From Chiloscyllium plagiosum (Eukaryota), in contig NC_057718.1 of NCBI RefSeq assembly GCF_004010195.1, positions 5,019,106 through 5,083,105 of the forward strand: DNA of 64,000 nucleotides. The letters run 5' to 3'. The notes under the pieces are model-generated. The model was not told the DNA's origin and ran no database searches. It worked only from the letters and a program-made list of their open reading frames with translations. The first letter of the stretch is position 1, and each line of letters begins with the position of its first letter. Shown in pieces: positions 49,300 through 59,825 of the stretch. The translations under genes were made by a program, and so were the position numbers.

Positions 49300-49682
49300 A
49301 TACGTGGAATAGTACAGACCCTTCGGCCCTCGATGTTGTGATGACCTTTTATCCGACTCTAAGATCAGACTAACCTACATACCCTTTACTGTACTGTCAT
49401 CAATGCGGCTAAAAGAATTGCTTAAATGTCCTTAATGTATCTGTCTCCAACCACCGCTGGACAGTGCAATCCATGCATCCACCACTCTCTGCATAAAGAA
49501 CCTACCCCTGATAGCTTCCCAAAACTATCCTCCAACCACCTTAAAATTATAAAATGATAGCCATTTCCACACTGGGAAAAAGTTTCTGGCTATCCGCTCT
49601 ATCTATGCCTCTCATCATCTTGTACATCTCTATCAAGTTGCTTTCACCCTTCTTCACTCCAATGAGAAAAGCCTTAGCTTTT
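49300..49682 (-). mobile_element. CR1 3' end
   Basis: ctatctatgcctctcatcatcttgtacatctctatcaag and 3'UTR. Confidence 0.7.
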
Positions 49683-49774
49683 GAGAAGAAATCATCTTCC
49701 AGAGAACCTAGTTTTCAAAAAGTGCATAGTTAGAAGTCACACGACACCAGATTATAGTCCAACATGTTTCAAAC

Positions 49775-50312
49775 AAATCTGTTGGACTATAACCTGATGG
49801 CATGCGACTTCTGACTTTGTCCTCCCCAGTCCAACACTGGCCCCTCCACATCAGGGCTACCTTTAAAAGGTACATCACCCCAACTTAAAGGGTACTTTTC
49901 CTACAAAACACCTGGGCCCTCACACTATCCATTCTTTACAGCCAGTGACGTTACGTTATAGGAATCATGACAACCAATTTGTTCACAGCAAGCTCCCACA
50001 GTGTGATAGCGACTTGATCATTCATTTTGCCTGATTTTAGTTGAGCTTTAAATATTGGGGAGGACATTGAGATGAAGTTCCTTTCTCCTCTTCAAAATAA
50101 ATACCTTTTCTGAAGGGCTCCCCAAGGAAACCAGAGTGATCACCAGTTTAAGATCCCTCTCTCTGGGTGCTTTGTGGGAAAAGTACCCTTTATGTTGGCG
50201 TGATGTACTTTTTAAAAGGTAGCCTTGATGTGGAGGGGCCGGTGTTGGACTGGGAAGGGCAAAGTCAGAAGGCACAACACCAGGTTATAGTCCAACAGGT
50301 TTATTTGAAACA
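49775..50312. repeat. ~140-bp inverted repeat (family B 3' end plus ~60 bp flank) around a ~250-bp spacer
   Basis: 49775-49915 vs reverse complement of 50165-50312. Confidence 0.8.
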
Positions 50313-50749
50313 CAGTACAGTAGATTCTCACTGATGCACAGATTTTGTCAGCCAAGAGTGAGACGTGCATCGACAACCTTCAGAACGCAGAGGTGTTACC
50401 TACTGAATGACAGTGGAAAATTCTTAGCCACCCAGCATGGTGAACTGTTTCTGAGATTAGTGTCTGTGAAATCGATTGAAAGTTCGTTGTTGTGCAAGGC
50501 CATTTGATGCAAAGAGCAGGATCTTCCATTACGGAGTTGAGGTTGACGTTGGTGCTGGAAGTGAGCATCACGTTCACACGGGAGTGAGTCAGCATCTTTC
50601 ATTCAATAACCTCGCTATGTTTTTGAGAAGCATAGTGATGTAGTGGTATTGGACACAAGGTTACACCGTGGAGTCACAGGGATACTTGGACAGGTATTCA
50701 CTCCCCGTGAACCAGAGCAAGCGCTTGGGCTCTCGGAGGGGACACCTGC

Positions 50750-51320
50750 CACCCCTCTCCTGATCAGTGTACCCCGTCCCTCCCACAACCCCCTCCCTCC
50801 CACAACCCCCTCTCCTGATCAGTGTACCCCCTCCCTCCCACAACCCCCTCTCCTGATCAGTGTACCCCCTCCCTCCCACAAACCCCCTCTCCTAATCAGT
50901 GTACCCCCTCCCTCCCACAACCCCCTCTCCTGGGCAGTGTAGCCCCTCCCTCCCACAACNNNNNNNNNNNNNNNNNNNNNNNNNNNNNNNNNNNNNNNNN
51001 NNNNNNNNNNNNNNNNNNNNNNNNNNNNNNNNNNNNNNNNNNNNNNNNNNNNNNNNNNNNNNNNNNNNNNNNNNNNNNNNNNNNNNNNNNNNNNNNNNNN
51101 NNNNNNNNNNNNNNNNNNNNNNNNNNNNNNNNNNNNNNNNNNNNNNNNNNNNNNNNNNNNNNNNNNNNNNNNNNNNNNNNNNNNNNNNNNNNNNNNNNNN
51201 NNNNNNNNNNNNNNNNNNNNNNNNNNNNNNNNNNNNNNNNNNNNNNNNNNNNNNNNNNNNNNNNNNNNNNNNNNNNNNNNNNNNNNNNNNNNNNNNNNNN
51301 CTCTTCTGGTCAGTGTGCTC
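50750..51320. repeat. C-rich minisatellite, ~38-bp unit, running into an assembly gap (50960-51300)
   Basis: Unit cccctctcctgatcagtgtaccccctccctcccacaac; related sequence resumes after the gap. Confidence 0.9.
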
Positions 51321-51664
51321 CCCCCCCCCCCGCACCCGACCGCCCCACCCAGCTCTGACATATATGCCCAATTGGTCACTCTTCTTGACCCATGCCCATC
51401 CCGCAGTTATCCTCTCAACCCTCTGCAATGTTGACAATTTCCAGCGTGGCCTACTGTAGATGAACAGTCCCCAAAGAGGATAAAGCAGCAGCTAGACCCT
51501 CCACCGTTCAGAACCTCACTTGCTGCATGCCTCTGAGTGAGCGGTGTGAATCTTGAGGCCCATGCTGTGGAAGGCGGAGAGCCTAACTATGGTGAAGTTG
51601 CCTTGTAGTGAGCATGCGTGATGTGCGAGTGCATACAAAAGATGTTCCTGATCCAGGTGCCAGG

Positions 51665-52350
51665 AAGATCAGGAGATATAGGAGCAGAATTAGGCCATTC
51701 AGCCCACCCTTCTTGCTCTGTCATTCGATCATGGCTGATACGTTTCTCAATACCATTCTCCTCCCTTCTCCCCATAACCCTTGATTCCCTTATTAATTAA
51801 GAATCTATCTGTCTCTGTCTTAAATACACTCAATGACTTGGCCTCCTCCGCCCTCTGCAGTAATGAGTTCTAAAGATTCACCAGCCTCTGACTGAAGAAA
51901 TTTCTCCTCATCTCAACTCTAAAGTGTCATTGCGTCACTCGGAGGCTGTGCCCTCAGGTCGTTGTCTCTCCTACTGGTGGAAACGTCATCTCCACATCCA
52001 CTCTATCCAGGTCGATCTGCAGTCGATCAGATCCCCCCCACGTCCCTCTAAACTCAATCAAGTACAGACTTTGAGTCCTCAACCACTTCTCGTCAGACAT
52101 GCTTGCCATCCCTGGGATCATTCCTGGAAATCTCCTCTTGACCCCCTTCAACACCAGCACATTCTTTCTTTGAAACGGGGCCCAAAAATGCACACAATAT
52201 TCCAAATGCGGTCTGACCAGAACCTTATACAGCTTCAGCAATAACAGTCCCTGCTGTTATATTCTAGCCCCCTTGAAATGAATGCCAACATTGCATTTGC
52301 TTCATAACTGCTAACTGAAACTGCAAGTAAACCTGCAAGAGAGTCCTGAA
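51665..52350 (-). mobile_element. CR1 3' end
   Basis: MLKLYKVLVRPHLEYCVHFWAP. Confidence 0.85.
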
Positions 52351-52487
52351 CTTCAGCATCAAACACTAAAGTTGAAAGAATTAATTGCAAATTTTTGTCC
52401 GGCTATTGTAATTTATGGGGCTCTCTGGAAGGAGTGAGATATAGTCCTTAGGGCTAAGGGGTTCACAGGGAATGGGGAGAATGTTGA

Positions 52488-53378
52488 GATCATGTGCGGC
52501 TGTACAGGACATTGGTTAGACCATGTTTGGAATATTGTGTGCATTTCTGGTCTCCCTGCTATAGGAAGGATGTTGTGAAACTTGAATTGGTGGTGGACTG
52601 GGGTGGACAAAGTTACAAATCACACAACACCAGGTTATAGTCCAACAGGTTTATTTGGAGACAGAACCTATCGAGGCCCTGCCTCTTCCTGGTGAAGGAG
52701 CAGTGCTCTGAAAGCTGGTGCTTCCAAATAAACCTGTTGGACTATAACCTGGTGTTGTGTGATTTCTAACTCTGTGAAATTTGAAAAGGTTCAGAAAATG
52801 TTCACAAGGATGTTGCCAGGATTGAAGGGTTTGAGCTATAGGGAAAGGCTGAACAGGCTGGGACTATTTTCCCTGGAGTATCAGAGGCTGAGGGGTGACC
52901 TCATAGAGATTTATAAAATCATAAGGGTCATGGATAGAGTGAATAGCCAAGGTCTTTTTCCCCAGGATGGGCGAGTTGAAAACTCGAGGACATAGGTTTA
53001 AGATAAAAGGGGAAAGATTTAAGAGGTACTATGGGGCAACGTTTTCACGCAGAGGGTGGTATGGAATGAGCTGCCAGAGGAAGTGGTGGAGGCTGGTACA
53101 ATTACAGCATTTAAAAGACATCTGGATGGGTATATTAAGGATCGCTGGACTGGAAACATTAACTCTGATTTCTCTCCACAGATGCTGCCAGACCTGCTGA
53201 GCTTTTCCAACGGTTTCTCTTTTTGATGGATTTATAGCATCCGCGATTGTTTCGGTTTTTATTTCGAGTTTAGAGTGATGTGGGCTAAATGCTGGCAAAT
53301 GGGACTAGATTAATGTAGCATATCTGGTCAGCATGGACGAGTTGGACCGAAGGGTCTGTTTCTGTGCTGTGCATCTCT
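52488..53378 (+). mobile_element. CR1 (HER1-like) 3' end with family B (52587-52772) and family C (53138-53265) PLE insertions
   Basis: KMFTRMLPGLKGLSYRERLNRLGLFSLE..LRGDLIEIYK; family B insert flanked by tgtgaaacttgaa 52574-52586 / tgtgaaatttgaa 52773-52785. Confidence 0.85.
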
Positions 53379-53584
53379 ATGGCTGAGTTGGATGATCAGC
53401 TATGATCAGATTGAATGGTGGGGCAGGTACGAAGGGCTGAATGGTCTCCATCTGCCCTGATTTGCTACGTTTCTGTGAAAGTGGTTTTGGGTCTCTCTTG
53501 CAAAGCATTCTCCTGTTCACTGCCCTGAGTAGCACAAGATTCCATGTGGACATCCTGCGTAATACAACAATAGACTCTTCATGT

Positions 53585-54125
53585 GGACGCACTGGTTACA
53601 AAGGCCCAACAACATCTGTTCTTCCTCAGGCAGCTGAGGAAATTTGGCATGACGGTGAATACCCTTGCCAACCTTTTATGTCTGGATGTATCACTACCTG
53701 GTATGGCAACTGTACCATCCAAGGTCTGAGACTGTTACCGAGAGTGGTGCATTCGCCCCGGACAATCACAAAGGCCAACCTCCCATCTATAGAATCCATC
53801 TACCAGGCCCGCTGTCAAGGAAAGGCCGCCAGCATTCTCAAAGATCCATCCCACCCTAGCAAAGTTTTTCTACAACCTTTACCATCGGGGAGAAGGTACA
53901 GAAGCCTGAACACACGCACCAATCGGTTTCGCAACAGTTTCTACCCTACTGTTGTTAGAATACTGAATGGACTCTCAAACTCTTAGCTTTCACCTGTTTT
54001 GGTTTTGGCCACTGTTTACCTATTATTTACTATCTACGCTACTTAACTCTGTGATCTGCCTGTATTGCTGCAAGACAAAGCTTTTCACTGTCTCAGTACA
54101 TGTGACAATAAATTCAATTAAATCA
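53585..54125 (+). mobile_element. Rex1/Babar-clade LINE 3' end
   Basis: SGCITTWYGNC...ASILKDPSHP...LPSGRRYRSLNTRTNRFRNSFYPTVVRILN; tail catgtgacaataaattcaatt. Confidence 0.8.
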
Positions 54126-54231
54126 AGTGAAGGATCTGTTTATTATATTGTGGCTTCACATTCCCTCTGTGAATTGGGCTGTTTGCTGGAATTGAGCAGG
54201 GTCTTTCAGCAGTTTGGAATCCAATCTCTCG

Positions 54232-54662
54232 GGATGAGGTTAGGATTATTTTCGCTGGAGTTCAGACAAGTGAGGGGGGGGGATCTCAAAGTGACTTATA
54301 AAATTCTGACAGGGTAGGTTTCGGGAGGATGTTCCCGGTGGTGGCTGCATCCAGAACCACTGATCACAGTCTGAGGATTCAGGGTGGACTATTTAGGACA
54401 GAGATGAGGAGAGATTTCTTCTTCCAAGAGCGGTGAGCCTGTGGAATTCATTACCACAGGGGAGTAGCTGATGCCAAAACATTGAATGTATTCAAGGGGT
54501 GGCTAGATATAGCACTTGGGGTGAATAGGATCAAAGGTTATGGGGAGAAAGCAGGATTAGGCTATGGAGTTGGACAATCAGCCATGATGGTGATGAATGG
54601 CGGGGCAGGCTTGAGGGGCCGAATGGCCACCGCCTGCTCCTATTTTCTATGTTTCTATGTAA
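54232..54662 (+). mobile_element. CR1 3' end
   Basis: RLGLFSLEFRQVRGGDLKVTYKIL; (tttctatg)n tail. Confidence 0.8.
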
Positions 54663-55269
54663 ACATGGCTCCAACTAAATTTTCTGTGGGAAAACCCAGA
54701 CTGAGATTGTTTTGACGACACCTCCTCTCTCATCCACATCTTGCAGCCCTCGGTGACTGTAGAAAGAAAACAAAACGAGGTGCGAAGGTAGGAGGGAGCT
54801 GGGGGAAGATCTTGTCACTGCCACAACATTCTCGGGAAGCAAGCCAACAAAACCTGCTGTGACTTCTTGCCTGGGTGGTTTGTGTCAGAGCTCAGAGATG
54901 ATTTGAATATTCATTGCAAGCAGATTTTGCAAACATGCTCCTGTTCTGTTGGAACTGTCTGAGAACCTTAGAGCTTTAGTGAAATACACTTCAGGCCTAC
55001 AATGATGCTGGAAGTGCAAATGGATAACAGAACAGGGAAGACAGCAGAGTATCTACTAAACCAGTGAGTTGAAACAGCTGAAAAGTAAATGAGGGAAAGG
55101 CCAGGAAGGAGAGGGGATATGCACTAACGCTGCAGTGTTATGTTTTTATTTAAAAAAGAGTTCACAGATTGGCTTTTCACAGTGATTGCTTGATTTCATT
55201 GCAGAAAGCAGGAATTAAGAAACTGTGCAGACTGACACTCTTTCTCCAGGGGTTTTAAAACAGGAAATA

Positions 55270-55490
55270 TAAAACAAACAAACCGTGGTGCTGGAAGTCA
55301 GAAACAAAATAGAAATTGCAGGAAAAGCTCTGCAGGTCTGGCAGCCCCTGTGGAGAGAAATCAGAGTTAACGTTTCGGGTCTGATGACTCTTCCTCAGAA
55401 ACTCTGGATCTGAAACATTAAGTCTGATTTCTCTCCACAGGTGCTGCTGGGCCTGCTGAGCTTTCCCAGCAATGTCTATTTATGCTTTAA
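55270..55490. mobile_element. Palindromic family C PLE mini-element
   Basis: Long minus arm 55270-55400, shorter plus arm 55405-55480. Confidence 0.8.
55364..55404 (-). ncRNA. Minimal hammerhead motif, family C (best-preserved copy)
   Basis: Reverse complement: GAGTTt-CTGAGGA-A-GAGTC-atca-GACCC-GAAA-CGTT-AACTC; GUU triplet, one stem II mismatch. Confidence 0.65.
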
Positions 55491-55516
55491 GATAGGAGAC
55501 TGGGTAAATTCCTGGT

Positions 55517-55727
55517 TAAAAACCACACAACACCAGGTTATAATCCAACAGGTTTATTTGGAAGCATTAGCTTTCGGAGCGCTGCTCCTTCATTAGGACA
55601 CAACTACCTTATGAAGGAGCAGCGCTCCGACAGCTAGTGCTTCCAAATAAACCTGTTGGATTATAACCAGGATTTTGTGATTTTTAACTTTGTACACCCC
55701 CCAGTCCAACACAGCGTCTCCAAATCA
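55517..55727. mobile_element. Palindromic family B PLE mini-element with 12-bp TSD (1 mismatch)
   Basis: Two mutated hammerhead cores head-to-head at 55565-55640; TSD taaattcctggt 55505-55516 / tagattcctggt 55728-55739. Confidence 0.85.
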
Positions 55728-56139
55728 TAGATTCCTGGTGACCTTTTACCTAATGTTGACTTCACATAGAAACCAGGAAACACACAATATTGGAGCAGGA
55801 ATAGGCCGTCTGGCCCTTCAAGCCTCCTCCACCGTCCAACTCAATCCCCTGTTACTGCTTTCTCCCCATACACTTTGCTCCTTTTAGCCCTAAGAGCTAT
55901 ATCTAACTCTAATATTCAATATTTTGACCTCAACTGCTTTCTGTGACAGAATTCCACAGGTTCCCCACTCTCTGGGTGAAGACATTTCCTCTCATCTCGG
56001 TCCAAAATGGCCGACCCCATCTCCTTAGACTGTGAACCCTGGTTCTGGACTCCCGGTAACCGAAAACATCTGTAAGATCAAAAAATATGAAGAGAAGGGA
56101 AACAGGAAAGGAAATTTAATTTTTAAAAAAAGGATTCCG

Positions 56140-56442
56140 GAGGTGGCATGGTAGCACTACTGTTTCACAGCAGCAGAAACCCAGGTTCGATCCCAGCCTC
56201 TGGCAACTGTGTGTGGAGATTCTCCCCGTGTCTGCGTGGCTTTCCTCCCATAGTTCAAAGATGTGCAGGTTTAGTGGATTGGTCATGCTAAATTGCCCAT
56301 AGTGTTCAGGGATGTGCAGGCTGTGGGTTGTTAACCTTGGGAAATGCAGGGTTATAGGGGTAGGGCATACGGGTGTGTTGCTCTTCGGAGGGTCGGTATG
56401 GATTCGATGGGCCAAATGGCGAGCTTCCACACAGTAGGGATC
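56140..56442 (+). mobile_element. HE1-type V-SINE, decayed
   Basis: ccaggttcgatccc B-box, ttctccccgtgtctgcgtgg core. Confidence 0.75.
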
Positions 56443-56494
56443 CTGTGCTTTAACATAAAAGGCTGGAAATATCCTGCAGATCATCAGCATCTTT

Positions 56495-56815
56495 AATTTA
56501 ATCATGGGATATGGACATTGCTGGCAAGGCCTGCATTTGTTGCCCAAACTTCATTGTCCAGGGCACAGTAAAGATTGAACCATTGTTGTGGGTTTGGAGT
56601 CACATGTAGGCCAGACCAGGTAAGGATGGCAGATTTCCTTCCCTAAAGGACATTAGTGACCCAGGTAGGTTTTAAAGATAATTGCAATGGTTCTGTCAAG
56701 GTAAAGTCTGTTTCCAGATTTTTAATCAATTTAGATATTCCCATTTCCATAAATATAGGCCTGGGATTCTGGGTTATTAATCCAGAGACGCTCCCACCAT
56801 GCCACTGCTTCCCCT
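56495..56815 (-). mobile_element. Second SINE family copy
   Basis: ggagtcacatgtaggccagaccaggtaaggatggcagatttccttccctaaaggacattagtga. Confidence 0.75.
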
Positions 56816-58140
56816 GTTTTTAGAAATAAAAAAATTAATGTTACAAAAACAGAAATTGTTGGAGCAACTCAGCAGGTCTGGCAGCCTCTGCAGGGAGAAA
56901 GCAGAGTTTACGTTTCAGGTTCAGTGATTTCATCAGAACTGCTGGGCGCTGGGAAATAGTGATATTTATTTATACTGAGGACAAGACTATGATTTCAAGG
57001 TGCTGGTGCATGCTGAGGACAAGGTTGGTGGTGAAGTGAGTAGGTAAGTGACTGGAGAGGTGTGCAGACAAATAAAGATGGAACCCAGACAGAGAGATAT
57101 GGAGGGGGGTGGGTAAACAAGGAGATAATGCAAAGGAAGCCAGGACCGAAGAAAAGCTGAGTAAGAGCTAAGAGCAGGAGAGAATGGGTAGGCTGTGCTA
57201 AAAGTAATCCATGTCTGAATAGGACTGGGTGTTGGGGTGGATAATAGACATGGAAAGATTGAGTCAGGCTTGACGTTATTTCAAGTTACTTCACCTGGAA
57301 GGTGTGTCTGGGACCTTGGATAGTGAAGAGGGTGGAAGTTAACAGGCAGATGTTGCACCTTCCGCAATTATGGGTGAAGGTATTGGGAGTGGAGGAAGAG
57401 TGAATTGGGGTGTTCTGGAGAGAATGGTCCCTGTGGAAGGTGGATAAGGGAGGGGAGGGGAATGTGTGTCACTGGAGGTGGCAGAAATGATGGCTTACAA
57501 TCCTTTGGATGTGGAGGCTGGTGTGGTGTTAGCTGAGGACCTGGGGACCGTATTGCTATTGTGGGAGGGAAGGGAAGGAGTGAGGGCAGAAGTGCATGAG
57601 ATGGCTCAGACCCAGCTGAGGGCCCTGTCAACCACAGTGCTGGGGAATCCTCGGTTGAGGAAAGAGGGGCACATTTCGGAGGTTCCCACGGCACCTTCCC
57701 CTGCAGCAGCAGAAGGTGTATCACTTGCCCATTTCCTTCCGCTTTCCTCACTATCCAAGGCCCCAGACATGCACCTTGCCTGTACATTGCTCAATCTAGT
57801 CTCCTGCATTCTCTGCTCAGAATGTGCTCTCCCCTACACTGGGGAAACGAGACATAGACTGGGCGGCTACTTTGCAGAACACCTACACTCTGTTGGTAGA
57901 AATAAGCCTAAGCTCCCTATTGCCTGCAACCCCTCCCCAGTCCGTGTACCCATCCCAACATCGCAGTCTCAGGCCTCCTGCAGTGTTCCACTGAGCCTCA
58001 GCACAAGCTCACAGAACAGAATCTCATTTTCCTCTTGGGGCCCCTGCAGCCTCTAGGACTCAACACTGAGTTCCAGAACTTTTCAGCCTGATTCCATCCT
58101 GCCATGTTTTGTCCCCAGCCCCAACACCTGGTCCTGTCAT

Positions 58141-58271
58141 CAGCCCTTTCCTGATGAAGGGCTTATGCCCGAAATGTCAGTTCTCCTGCTCCTCAGATGC
58201 TGCCTGACCTGCTTTGCTTTTTGAGCAGCACATTCTCAACTCTAATTTCCAGCATCTGCAATCCTCACTTT
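58141..58271 (+). mobile_element. Family A PLE repeat inserted into the family C PLE, 16-bp TSD (1 mismatch)
   Basis: cacctggtcctgtcat 58125-58140 / cacctggtcctgttat 58272-58287; core cctgatgaagggcttatgcccgaaatgtc. Confidence 0.85.
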
Positions 58272-58469
58272 CACCTGGTCCTGTTATGACATGGATTGTT
58301 GTCAGCACAGTCAGCCATTCTCACATCATCTTCAACCAATTATCACATTATATGGGGGCTTTCAGTACAGCTCACTCATTTTCTCCTACTCTCATTCTTA
58401 TTATCAATTATTCAGTCACTGCCAGTGCTGGCCTGCTTTCCATAATCTCCTTGTTTACCAACCCATTTC

Positions 58470-58528
58470 ATCTCTCGCTCTCGCGCTCTCTGTCTCGCTG
58501 TCACTCTCTTGCACTCTCTCTCGTTCTG

Positions 58529-58563
<35 letters not shown>

Positions 58564-58680
58564 TTCACTTTCTTTCTCTGCGTCTCCCTCCCATACGCTC
58601 TTTCTTTGTGTGTCTCACTCACACACTCATTCTCACCCTCTCTTTCTCTGTGCGTCTCTTGCTCTCACATTCTCACTCCC
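58470..58680. repeat. (CT)n/(CA)n compound microsatellite; other simple repeats at 37178-37200 (GA), 37346-37372 (TG), 39907-39939 (TG)
   Basis: Directly visible. Confidence 0.9.
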
Positions 58681-59569
58681 TAACCACCCATCTCACCTCT
58701 TTGTAACACCCCCTTTCCAAACTTTATCCTCAGCAGAAACACCAGTATTTCCTAACAGCTAATGGCAGTGATTGGGACCAGAACCAAGAGGGGCTCATTG
58801 ACGGTGAGATCCCTGGTTTTCCCAGGTTAACAGCCCCATTCAGGAAGCCTTAGCTGACAGGGGATTCAGAAAGTCAACTCAGTCTCAGGACTGGCTGTGA
58901 GCTGGGGGTCCGAGCCCATATACTGTGCACATGTAAGTAAAGGGTGACTTGGTGATGTGGTACCAGCCTCGGTGAAGTTATTTCCCCACAGTTCAGACTC
59001 ACTGTTGACTCTGCTTTCTCTCCACAGAGATTGCAAGACCTGCTGAGTTTCTCCAGCAACTTCTGTTTTTGTTTAGATCTCCAGCATGGGCAGTTCTTCA
59101 TTTTATTTTTAAGTTAATATTACTTTAAGTTTACCATTAGAAAAGCAGTTGGTTTGGATAAAAGTTTTCAAATTTTAAATTTCCGAAGAGAAGGTTCACA
59201 AAGTGAAAGAATGAGATTTCACGTTTAGAATTGTTTGCTGTCTGGACTGGAAAGACTGACAGTCTTTGACAATGAAGATGTTGGTAAAGTGGTACTTCCA
59301 CAGTTGATTACTGGATTTGACTTCCCGGGCGAGATTAATTGCCACGTACTGAAATGCATGAGCTTCCTGCAAAACACAGGAAGCTTCAGGATAAGATGTC
59401 ACTTTTACAAAGTTAGTGGTATAACAGGGAAAATCTTGCACCAGATTGTGGTCTTTCAGAGTTTATTGCAACATCTCCTTTCTATGAATTGCACACTAAC
59501 TAATATCCGTAACAACCATTTACATGTTGAAAAAATTCAACAAAAGTATGACACGTGTCACAAGATAAG

Positions 59570-59825
59570 ATGGTGAATTCTCAAGTGTTTATATGCCACA
59601 CATTCCATTGAATTCAATAAAAATCTGGAATTATAAGTCTAAAGATGACCATAATCCATTGATTTTTGGAAAGATCCATCTGGTTCACTCATGCCCTTTA
59701 CTTACTCTGGCCTATATGTGACTCTAGACCCACACCAATGGGGTTGATTCTTAACTGCCCGCTGAGCAATTAGGCATGGATAATAAATGCTGGCCCAGTT
59801 AACGACACCCTCATTCCTTGAATTA
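59570..59825 (+). mobile_element. Second SINE family copy, decayed
   Basis: ttgaattcaataaaaatctggaatt...ccatctggttcactcatgcccttta...caattaggcatggataataaatgctggcc. Confidence 0.7.

Larger units (their letters stand above)
56825..59105. mobile_element. Decayed Penelope-like retroelement in inverted two-arm configuration (RT thumb, Cys-rich linker, GIY-YIG endonuclease, family C terminal repeats)
   Basis: Plus arm from 57690: GTFPCSSRRCITCPF..TIQGP, then CTLLNLVSCILCSECALPYTGETRHRLGGYFAEHL (GIY-YIG-like). Minus arm from ~57682: SEMCPSFLNRGFPSTVVDRAL. Family C repeats at both outer ends (56840-56945 -, 58990-59105 +). Confidence 0.8.

Noticed and set aside
53441..53986. 181-aa ORF as a host gene
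   Set aside because: C-terminus of a Rex1/Babar LINE ORF followed by its tail.
55020..55070. ATG GAT AAC as the PHACTR2 MDNA alternative first exon
   Set aside because: No splice donor at the expected position; the frame closes shortly after.
57466..58056. 196-aa ORF as an intact endonuclease gene
   Set aside because: Chimeric across the inversion point; the GIY-YIG part is frameshifted and degenerate.
59235..59576. 113-aa ORF in unique sequence
   Set aside because: Non-ATG start, no recognisable domain, no convincing splice sites.
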